Of a DNA stretch of 30,505 bases, positions 23,265-30,505 are shown one piece after another. The stretch is taken from the IMG/VR virus record IMGVR_UViG_3300033232_000032, positions 1 to 30,505 of that record, one strand, 5' to 3'. The number at the start of each line of letters is the position of its first letter. Position 1 is the first letter of the stretch. Both the position numbers and the translations under genes were made by a program. The notes under the pieces were generated by a model. That model had not been told where the DNA came from. It saw only the letters and a program-made list of their open reading frames with translations, and did not search any database. Source of the DNA: a virus. Its lineage: Duplodnaviria; Caudoviricetes.

Positions 23265-24440
23265 TCAGGTTCCGAGCAACAGCGCGGTGTGTTCCGGTTT
23301 GATGTTTTTCACACCCCACGCGGTGGACAGCTCGTAATGCACTTGCCGATATTGACGATAAACAGCGAGTTCAAACGTCAGCCCGCTGCGGGGGTCAGTC
23401 ACGGACATGCGGTCATCAGCCATATCCCCACCCTCGGGGAGTGCCGGGAGCCGCTGGGCCAGCACAATCGCCGACGGAGAAAATGCGAGGTTGTGTGCCG
23501 AACTCCCAACCACGGTGATCGCGGTAGCCGAGGTGCCAATCGCAACCCTCAGACCAGGCTCTGCAATGGTGATAACGTCACCTGCTGCGGGGTTCGCACC
23601 TGCAAAAACAACCGAGGCAACAACATATTTATTAGTGTCACCCGCGAACGTGATAACGTCGCCAGCCGATACAACCCCGGTGCCAGCCGTTGCGAGCGTG
23701 ATTGCAGTTGCACCCACTGCGTACCCGGCGGTATTGGTAGTTGCGGATGCCATTGCGCCCTTCGTCCAGCTCACCACCTGAGCAGATTCGCGAATCATAA
23801 ACCCTGCGGTATCGAGCAGAACCCCCTGCCGGAGCATCGAATCTTGTCCGGCAATGTCAGTTCTCGATTGCAGCCCAATCAGGTTCGCGCCCGCAGTGGT
23901 ATTGATAACCAACTGGTTCCCAGCAGTCGGCGCCCCGTTGTCTTTCAGAATTTTTGCGACCAATGACGCGTCGGTAAAATCCCCAGAGGTACCGAACAAT
24001 GCAGCCGGAGTGGTTGCATGAGCGGAATAAGCGCGGCTGAAAGTGGTATGAAGCGCACACAGGTCGGTCTCAATTTCGTTGGTCAGCGTGCGAATTGCTT
24101 GCGCGATTTGCATTTGCTGAATAGTCAACGAGCCAGGGCCATTGTTGTTCAACCCCAGCTGCTCTTCACCGTTCCACCTGAACGGAACCGCGCGGGATTT
24201 GGTGATCTCGATTTTCGTCCCGGTGATAGTTTGGTCGCCGGTGTTCGGTGCTGTTACAGCCGGCGTGATATCAGCAGCGGCAGACGCGGGTGCTACCGGC
24301 ACGTAAATGTCTTGCCCGACAGCGACGTTGTCCGCTTTTGCGTCACGCGTTACGCCTGTAATCATCCCCACCTGCTCGCGGGAGACAACATCCAGTGCGG
24401 TGTAGAGGTCTGTAATAACGTTGGTCAATGTGTTTGCCAT
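23265..24440 (-). CDS. Major capsid protein (P22 coat-like)
   Basis: MANTLT..LY.ALDVVSRE N-terminus, NLAFSPSAIVLAQRLPALP, WGVKNIKPEH; insertion domain with GDVITFAGD. Confidence 0.9.
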   Translation of the reverse strand: MANTLTNVITDLYTALDVVSREQVGMITGVTRDAKADNVAVGQDIYVPVAPASAAADITPAVTAPNTGDQTITGTKIEITKSRAVPFRWNGEEQLGLNNNGPGSLTIQQMQIAQAIRTLTNEIETDLCALHTTFSRAYSAHATTPAALFGTSGDFTDASLVAKILKDNGAPTAGNQLVINTTAGANLIGLQSRTDIAGQDSMLRQGVLLDTAGFMIRESAQVVSWTKGAMASATTNTAGYAVGATAITLATAGTGVVSAGDVITFAGDTNKYVVASVVFAGANPAAGDVITIAEPGLRVAIGTSATAITVVGSSAHNLAFSPSAIVLAQRLPALPEGGDMADDRMSVTDPRSGLTFELAVYRQYRQVHYELSTAWGVKNIKPEHTALLLGT

Positions 24441-24451
24441 TTTTTAACTCC

Positions 24452-24997
24452 TTAGTCTGTGACGCGCCCACCGTTCAGGACAAAACTCGATTTTTTCACG
24501 GGGGACAATGCGTCAAACTGTTTTCGTGTAATTTGATTAACTCCACCACTGTCCCCGGGAAGTCGAGGATCAGGGAGCGTGCCCCTTGCTGACGCTAGAC
24601 CCCTCGCGAGTTCAAGCCGTTTTGCAAGTGGGATTTCTGCGTCATTGATCGTTTCACGTAAATTTTCAGGAACTTTATCAATTAACGATGTCAGCTCCTT
24701 TTCGTCACGTGCGCGATATTTGTTGAGCTGCTCTTGCAGCTCTTCAGCTTTTTTTGCTTTCTGTGCCTCTGATTCGTAAAGCTCTTTGTATTTCCCTTGC
24801 TCTTTTGCTGCTGTTTCTTGTGCTTCCCTTTGCTGATTTTCGATAGACTGTAACTTCTCGCGTAGTTCTCGGTTTTCTATTCTGCGTTGTGCAGCCTCTG
24901 CTTTTAACCGACCAACTTCACTGTCATCATGTCCCGTCGCTTGACTTACTACCACTTCTGCCTGTTGTTGTGCGCCTTGCGCATTTTCTTCGCTCAC
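24452..24997 (-). CDS. Capsid scaffolding protein
   Basis: LKAEAAQRRIE, AAKEQGKYKELYE coiled coil; likely GTG start after GGAGG (ORF extends to 25009). Confidence 0.8.
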   Translation of the reverse strand: MSEENAQGAQQQAEVVVSQATGHDDSEVGRLKAEAAQRRIENRELREKLQSIENQQREAQETAAKEQGKYKELYESEAQKAKKAEELQEQLNKYRARDEKELTSLIDKVPENLRETINDAEIPLAKRLELARGLASARGTLPDPRLPGDSGGVNQITRKQFDALSPVKKSSFVLNGGRVTD

Positions 24998-25012
24998 GTG
25001 AGCCTCCATTCT

Positions 25013-25462
25013 TTAAATTTTGAACAGTTTGTCAATGATCAGGTCGGCATATTTACCGGCCAGCAAATCAGATTGGTTTTCTGTGAGGCCAAAAAACTCC
25101 CGGCCCCGTTGTTCATTTTCGATCGCTTTGTATCCTTCACCCCCCGTCATTCGGATTTTTCCGCTGGTTGCTGTTGCGGTCGGCCCTGCGACCATTGCCC
25201 CGAGCATTTTCCCTGACAGTGACAGGTTCGGCTTCGATGCTTTTTGAGGTCTTGACTTCCCGCCGTAATATCCAGACAACAGCCGCTCCGTGTAAAATTT
25301 AGAATACGGTCTGAACGAACTTCCATTGACGTCTTTCCCTTCGGTTTCGGTCCTCACCCTGATTTCTTTTGCGGATTCAATCGCGATTTTCAACCACCGT
25401 GCTTGCCCGGCACTTTCCAGTTCCATCGCTGGTAAATCAACTTTCACGTCCATGTCAATCAT
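25013..25462 (-). CDS. Virion morphogenesis protein (Mu gpG-like)
   Basis: G.DVNG..F.PYS..Y, NLSLSGKML, REFFGL. Confidence 0.75.
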   Translation of the reverse strand: MIDMDVKVDLPAMELESAGQARWLKIAIESAKEIRVRTETEGKDVNGSSFRPYSKFYTERLLSGYYGGKSRPQKASKPNLSLSGKMLGAMVAGPTATATSGKIRMTGGEGYKAIENEQRGREFFGLTENQSDLLAGKYADLIIDKLFKI

Positions 25463-26187
25463 GCGAACACCGGTATCAATTGATGCCGACAGTTATACCC
25501 GCCGGGTGTGCCCCCCCAATAATCGGCGGCAATCCATTCGTCCTTCGTGCGGACCGGGTCAGCCAGCGCTTCGCTGCATTCATCCCGCGTCACTTCGTCA
25601 TCTGGCCCGATAACCTCCCAGATGTCTGCGTCTAATGCCTCGCCCATCACTCTGACTGTCTCACCTGAAAATTGAAGGTTTGCGGTGTTAGCGTAGGTGT
25701 AGGCGTATTTTTTCAATTTCCCGTCGAGTGTCTCTCTGACATTTTCGACCAGTTTTGAAAACGGTTGCCCAGAGAGGGCGCTACGGTATAAATTTAGCCG
25801 GAGTTCATCAACGGTTTTTTCTGCAACTGCGTTCAGCCCCTGCACGTCGGCAAGGGCGATCTGCTGCAATGTCCCCGCTTCCGCCGCTGTAAATTTCGTA
25901 ACGTCACCGCCTTCTTTGGCAATAACCTCTTTGACCTTTGCAACGATTGTTGTATATCCCTTGGCGTGGTCGTTGACCAGCTCCCCATAACCAGCCCCTT
26001 GCAACGCGCTGATCATTTGCGCTTTTGAGTTCAGGATTGTTGTTGCGTCAACAATCCCACCTTCGATCTTTGCCCCGGCGAGCAGGTCCACAACTCGGTT
26101 ATCCATCTCCCCCATGACTTTTTCGAGGCTGGCAGCGAATTTTGCTGATTGAGAATCTGTCAGGTTGAGGAAGGGGTTATCACGCAC
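25459..26187 (-). CDS. Minor head protein (SPP1 gp7/Mu F-like)
   Basis: GPDDEVTRDEC...GGYNCRH; follows the portal gene. Confidence 0.8.
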   Translation of the reverse strand: MRDNPFLNLTDSQSAKFAASLEKVMGEMDNRVVDLLAGAKIEGGIVDATTILNSKAQMISALQGAGYGELVNDHAKGYTTIVAKVKEVIAKEGGDVTKFTAAEAGTLQQIALADVQGLNAVAEKTVDELRLNLYRSALSGQPFSKLVENVRETLDGKLKKYAYTYANTANLQFSGETVRVMGEALDADIWEVIGPDDEVTRDECSEALADPVRTKDEWIAADYWGGTPGGYNCRHQLIPVFA

Positions 26188-27520
26188 CGGTCATCTCCTG
26201 CGTAAAATCGGGGAGTTCATTGCCACCGATCTCCGCTTTTCGCTCTTCAATCTGTGTCTTGGTGATGTCCGGGTTTTCCCTCCGCCAGAACTCTTCTCTG
26301 CTCATCAGGTTCAACCCTATTTGCTCTTTGATAATCTGCCATTTTTCCATTTCATTGACTGGAAGCGCAGGCTCTTTAAAATCAACCTCAATCCACGAAT
26401 CGGAGGGGATGTCGTAACCGCGCGCTGTAGAAATTGCTTTTATTACGCGGAATAGTTGCAGCTCGAATTTCGACGCATACCGCTGCCGGGTTTTTCTGGT
26501 TTCGAGGTTCCAGATTTCTTCAACAACGAGTTTAAACCCGGAAGCAGCAGAGCCGCCGCCACCGATACTGATGTTAACGCCCCAGTTTTCTGCAACATCT
26601 GACGCGAGTGATCCGATCCATTTTTGATACGCGTCGAGAATGCTCGACACCGCCGGGGGTGATTTATACTCGATGTAGGGAGATTCGCCCGCCTGTGTTT
26701 TTATGCTGATCGTTGTATCTGGGCCAATGACTGCTCCGTTTTCAAACTCGGCGTTGGTGAACAATGGCGGGGACGTGTGAAAACGCTGTGCAAATTTAAT
26801 TTCAGTATGAAAGAGGTTAACCCCTTCATTGAGCCTAACCAGTTCTTCCCATGCCTCGCGAGGCCAAAACCCAGAGGTCGGTTGCGAGGCGTCAAACAGG
26901 ATCGCGGCGGGGATAACACCATAACCGTGGTTATCTCTCCCCGCGACGGATGGGATGCCATTATTGTCAACCTCAATATCTACAACGCTCTGAGCATCCC
27001 AATAGTGATAAAGTTTATTACCTTTCGCGCTGATTCCTGCTGACTCGTACATGAGTGAACGGATTTCGCCCGTTCTGTGATCGTAGTCAACATCGCAATT
27101 AGCTTGAGTGAGAACGGAGAACAGGATTTTTTCACCGTCATCAGTGACTACGGCTTGGGCGAGAAGGATCGCTGTTTTAAGCAAGCGGGCTTCGCGGTCG
27201 AACGCGGGCAAGATAAATTCAAGCTCAGCGGTCAGGTCGTTATATATCTCGGTCGCTTTTTCGTTGACAGCATCCCCAACGTAAACCTCGCGTTTCGGCG
27301 CATCCTGATATGTGAGCGCAGATCGTGTGATAATTTTTTGAGTGATGTTTGTAAACCACAGATAAACCCCGCGTTCGCGCCATTTTTTAATGCCGCCGGG
27401 GTTTTGATCAAGAAGTGATTCGAGGTGGGGGATTTGGACGCCATCGAGATAATCAATAGCTTTTGCTGCACTTACAACAGCAGCGGATTTCATGCGGTCG
27501 AGGTGGGCTTGATATGTCAT
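26180..27520 (-). CDS. Portal protein (SPP1 gp6-like)
   Basis: NITQKII, NHGYGVIP, SGFKL, I.VDF.EP.LP motifs; position. Confidence 0.85.
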   Translation of the reverse strand: MTYQAHLDRMKSAAVVSAAKAIDYLDGVQIPHLESLLDQNPGGIKKWRERGVYLWFTNITQKIITRSALTYQDAPKREVYVGDAVNEKATEIYNDLTAELEFILPAFDREARLLKTAILLAQAVVTDDGEKILFSVLTQANCDVDYDHRTGEIRSLMYESAGISAKGNKLYHYWDAQSVVDIEVDNNGIPSVAGRDNHGYGVIPAAILFDASQPTSGFWPREAWEELVRLNEGVNLFHTEIKFAQRFHTSPPLFTNAEFENGAVIGPDTTISIKTQAGESPYIEYKSPPAVSSILDAYQKWIGSLASDVAENWGVNISIGGGGSAASGFKLVVEEIWNLETRKTRQRYASKFELQLFRVIKAISTARGYDIPSDSWIEVDFKEPALPVNEMEKWQIIKEQIGLNLMSREEFWRRENPDITKTQIEERKAEIGGNELPDFTQEMTGA

Positions 27521-27618
27521 TTATACGGTCCTTGCTGTCAATCGTCGTTTTCGTCATTTTATTGACTACTGACATTTTTTTGACGCTTTAGACCGTATAA
27601 CAGGTTATTAGTTATTTG

Positions 27619-27798
27619 TCAAGGGATTGTCGCAATGACCGCCCCCATCATCTCCCCGCATTCTGGGCATTCGAGTTTATTTTGTTTTTCCTCATGGGCA
27701 ACGGCTGACCATTTGTGACAGCACGCAACACACAAACAATCAGCGATAATCCAGGCCTCGCGGTAATCCTCAATCACTATTACTTTTTTATCGTTCAT
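27619..27798 (-). CDS. Small Zn-ribbon protein (59 aa, MNDKKVIVIEDY...CVAC...CPECG)
   Basis: Translated by hand; ATG abuts the terL stop. Confidence 0.65.
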   Translation of the reverse strand: MNDKKVIVIEDYREAWIIADCLCVACCHKWSAVAHEEKQNKLECPECGEMMGAVIATIP

Positions 27799-29088
27799 TT
27801 ACGTTATTTTAACCCTTGCCCTCCCGCCAATCGGATATCTGACCTCGGTCATGTACCGGAGGGCTGTCGTAACGTGTTGTGTTCTGTTTTTGTCATCTTC
27901 CAGAAATGTGCTGCCGCTTTTGAGCTGTGCTGTTTTCATTCCTCGATCAACTGTCGGTGCGGTTTTCGGGTTAACTAACAGCCTCCGCTCTCCAGCCGCG
28001 TTTAGCACCCGCGCTCTTAAACTCGCCTGACTGTCTCGCAGTGACCTCTCGGAAAGCATAACCTGCCGCGTTACCTTGAACCCGGCCCCTCTCAATTCGT
28101 TTTCGAGAATGATGTAATTTGATATCTGCCCGTGTATTTCTCCGGCCCGGCCTGAAGGGTCGCCGTAGATTATTACCGGGCAAGCGGTGTGCTGTTTATA
28201 TCGGTCTATGAATTCCCGCGCAACGTCTCTGGCGATGGAGTGATCAAGGATTATCTCATCCACCACATAATCGACACCGCCATGCTCCTGCACGATTGCA
28301 CTGGACATTGGGAAAAAGTTAAAATCGTGCGTCCAGTGAATAGTTCCGGGGGTAAACACCCGGGCAGAGTGATTCGCGTCGGAGTAATCGCTGTAAATAG
28401 TCCCTGTCTCTGTCTCAAAACAGGCTTCATATTCTTGCCGGAAAGTGCGCGGGTCAAGGTCGCGTTTCGCATCCTCGATTTCTTTTGGTGACAGGATGAT
28501 TGACGATTTCCAGCTGTGCGCCGACCATTCATCATCGATTTTTGCGTTTTCGTAGCGGTCGAAAAAATGGTTAAGACCGTCAGGGACGCCGATCAGGTCG
28601 CATGTAGCATTCATGCCCGGAGTTGACAGAGCCGGGCGGATATTCTCCAGCCATGCCTGCGGCTTTGTGTCGGCGAATTCATCTACCAGACCTGATACCC
28701 ACGGCACACCCTCTATCCGCTGGGGTTTATCGAGGCCAACCAGGTGCATCTCGCTCCCGTCAAGTAAAGTAATTATTAGGTCTGTTTCGGATTTTGCTGC
28801 TGTGATTGGAGCAAGGAGGGTTTTCATATCCTGCCAATAAACTTTTTTTACTTGTCCGTAAGTAGGCGCGGCAATGAAATGTTGCCCGGGGGTTGACGTT
28901 ATGCGGAGAGCGGCGCGGAGTTTTGCGATGTGTGTTTTGCCAGACCTCCGCCCGCATGCGCACACGACAAACCGCGATTGGTCGTTGAAATAGTCACTCT
29001 GTTGATTTTTGAGAGTGCGCAAAATTGCGCAGAATTTCGCCGAACGCTCTAACGCTATCTGCTGTTGATTCTGGGTTATTGTGTTCAA
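27799..29088 (-). CDS. terL: Terminase large subunit
   Basis: Walker A GRRSGKT, APTYGQ, LVDE Walker B, GVPDG.N.F, FRQEYEA, nuclease DFN; start uncertain. Confidence 0.93.
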   Translation of the reverse strand: MNTITQNQQQIALERSAKFCAILRTLKNQQSDYFNDQSRFVVCACGRRSGKTHIAKLRAALRITSTPGQHFIAAPTYGQVKKVYWQDMKTLLAPITAAKSETDLIITLLDGSEMHLVGLDKPQRIEGVPWVSGLVDEFADTKPQAWLENIRPALSTPGMNATCDLIGVPDGLNHFFDRYENAKIDDEWSAHSWKSSIILSPKEIEDAKRDLDPRTFRQEYEACFETETGTIYSDYSDANHSARVFTPGTIHWTHDFNFFPMSSAIVQEHGGVDYVVDEIILDHSIARDVAREFIDRYKQHTACPVIIYGDPSGRAGEIHGQISNYIILENELRGAGFKVTRQVMLSERSLRDSQASLRARVLNAAGERRLLVNPKTAPTVDRGMKTAQLKSGSTFLEDDKNRTQHVTTALRYMTEVRYPIGGRARVKIT

Positions 29089-29407
29089 TCCGGTCCGGTT
29101 CCCTTTGCCCGAGATATTGTTTGCCTAGCCAGATTTGCATAACGTGGCTCCCTGATTCTGCGGTTTTCCACTGCATCCTGCGGAGGCTAGCTTTTCCTTC
29201 ACTTGCGAATCTTTTATAATAGTCCAAAAAACCGCCGTGACATTCGGCCTTTAGCTTGTTGTTTAAACTCTCATAGCTCATGTCGAGGACAGAAGCGCAT
29301 TCGTCCCCAGTACATTGCATTTTGCACAGTTTTGACAGGAGTTCGTAATTGATTTGCTTTTTAGGTCTGCCTCCCTTGTTTTTGGGTTCCGCTGTCGATA
29401 GTACCAT
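28994..29407 (-). CDS. terS: Terminase small subunit
   Basis: GGRPKK, HTH, GKASLRR.QW..A...MQIWLGKQYLGQ; start at MVLS downstream of the promoter. Confidence 0.8.
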   Translation of the reverse strand: MVLSTAEPKNKGGRPKKQINYELLSKLCKMQCTGDECASVLDMSYESLNNKLKAECHGGFLDYYKRFASEGKASLRRMQWKTAESGSHVMQIWLGKQYLGQREPDRIEHNNPESTADSVRAFGEILRNFAHSQKSTE

Positions 29408-29435
29408 TTTCACCCCTTCTCGCATGGTTCCACCC

Positions 29436-29463
29436 ATTATACCCATCCAGCGCGCTGTGTCAA
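29436..29463 (-). promoter_or_regulatory. Consensus promoter for the packaging genes
   Basis: TTGACA-N16(CAGCGCGCTGGATGGG)-TATAAT. Confidence 0.75.
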
Positions 29464-29481
29464 GCCCGCCAACGATCGGCA

Positions 29482-29886
29482 TTAGAACGGGATATCGTCT
29501 CCGTGGTCGAACGGCTGGCTGTCGATGCCATTGATCTCTTCATGTCGTCCTGGCTTTTTCTCCCCGCCGAGCATCCTCATTTCATTGGCGACTATTTCGG
29601 TTATATATCGTTTATTCCCGTCGCGGTCATCGTAAGAGCGGGTTTGGATCTTCCCTTCGATATAAACCTTCTGCCCCTTCGTCAGGTACTTGCCGCAAAT
29701 TTCTGCCAACTGTCTCCAGACAACGATGTTATGCCATTCGGTTTTTTCCTGCTGTTCCCCGTCACGCTTTTTGAATCGCTCAGAGGTTGCTATTGAAAAG
29801 GTTGCTACAGCGATTCCTGCCGGGGTTAGTTTCATCTCCGGGGATTTCCCGAGATTGCCAATGAGTATAGCCTTATTTACTGACAT
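29482..29886 (-). CDS. ssb: Single-stranded DNA-binding protein
   Basis: NKAILIGNLG, TEWHNIV, acidic DDIPF tail. Confidence 0.97.
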   Translation of the reverse strand: MSVNKAILIGNLGKSPEMKLTPAGIAVATFSIATSERFKKRDGEQQEKTEWHNIVVWRQLAEICGKYLTKGQKVYIEGKIQTRSYDDRDGNKRYITEIVANEMRMLGGEKKPGRHEEINGIDSQPFDHGDDIPF

Positions 29887-29902
29887 TGTCGTTCCTTTTT
29901 TG

Positions 29903-30340
29903 TTAGATTATTTCCGAATCTTTGCACAGAGATTCATCCGCCAATGCGACATGATGCGCGGCCACAGCCCCAGGTTCCCCCAGCACCTCCAGCCCGCGTT
30001 TTATTCCTCGGAGTTGTGCCCTCAGCATCGCGACGGCGGACGATCTTTCCTCTTCGTTTTTTGCTGCGATTTCTGACCGTTGATAGTATTGATCGCCGTC
30101 AACCCTGACTGACACATAAACCGGGAGGTTGTCGCTTTTCGTGACAATCACGTTTTTGATGAGTTTACGTGCTTGATCTAGACGGTGTTGATGAGCAGCT
30201 TCCGAATCGTCCCACGTAAAAAACGGGTGCAACGGGGAACCCTCGTTTTTTGCATTTTCAACGACTGCTGCCGGTTTGAGTTTACCCCCTGATTCATGCC
30301 GTAGTGATTCGAGTTCTGCGATAACGTCGTTGTTGATCAT
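29903..30340 (-). CDS. Conserved phage hypothetical protein; candidate accessory of the Cas7-like/array system
   Basis: LKP..VVE.A....SPLH.FF.WDD..AA...RL.QAR.LI motif; lies directly downstream of the array across the junction; AAGGAG RBS. Confidence 0.7.
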   Translation of the reverse strand: MINNDVIAELESLRHESGGKLKPAAVVENAKNEGSPLHPFFTWDDSEAAHQHRLDQARKLIKNVIVTKSDNLPVYVSVRVDGDQYYQRSEIAAKNEEERSSAVAMLRAQLRGIKRGLEVLGEPGAVAAHHVALADESLCKDSEII

Positions 30341-30370
30341 TTTTTATCTCCTTTTTTTGTTTGTCTGCCC

Positions 30371-30505
30371 CTGCCTGCCTTGTGGTTGCCTTGCCGAGCC
30401 GGGCCTTGCCTTGCCATGCCATGCCTGCCTTGTGGTTGCCACGCCACGCCATGCCATGCCATGCCCAGCCTGCCTTGTGGTTGCCTTGCCCAGCCCGGCC
30501 TTGCC
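30371..30505 (-). repeat. Distal end of the NN-GGC pentamer array (30379-30505 duplicates 1-127)
   Basis: Same sequence as 1-127, plus the last constant repeat ending ~30 nt before the ATG at 30340. Confidence 0.9.

Noticed and set aside
23109-23966. 285-aa plus-strand ORF
   Set aside because: Antisense to the major capsid gene, no recognisable motifs.

Overview
The window appears to be a complete, circularly permuted ~30.4 kb tailed-phage genome with a siphovirus-like layout. Bases 1-127 are identical to 30379-30505, so the unique length is 30,378 bp. Nearly all genes lie on the minus strand: terminase, portal, head, tail (with a lambda-type GGGAAAG -1 frameshift), tail fibres and lysis, then recombination and replication genes (Gp157, Sak, NinB, RusA-like, radical SAM, O-like initiator with iterons, helicase-primase). 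A two-gene plus-strand unit (HTH plus Zn-ribbon) sits behind a divergent promoter switch. I recognised no integrase, partition genes, tRNA, cas1/cas2 or canonical CRISPR array. The standout spans the contig junction: a lone Cas7/RAMP-like gene (197-820) is followed directly by a non-coding array of (NN-GGC)n pentamers, split into four units by a constant AACCACAAGGCAGGC, and then a conserved hypothetical gene (29903-30340). This looks like a compact phage RNA-guided system whose specificity is carried by the variable dinucleotides. A second notable element is a P4-CI/P1-C4-like RNA attenuator upstream of the replication genes. All product calls come from motif recognition by eye; no searches were run.
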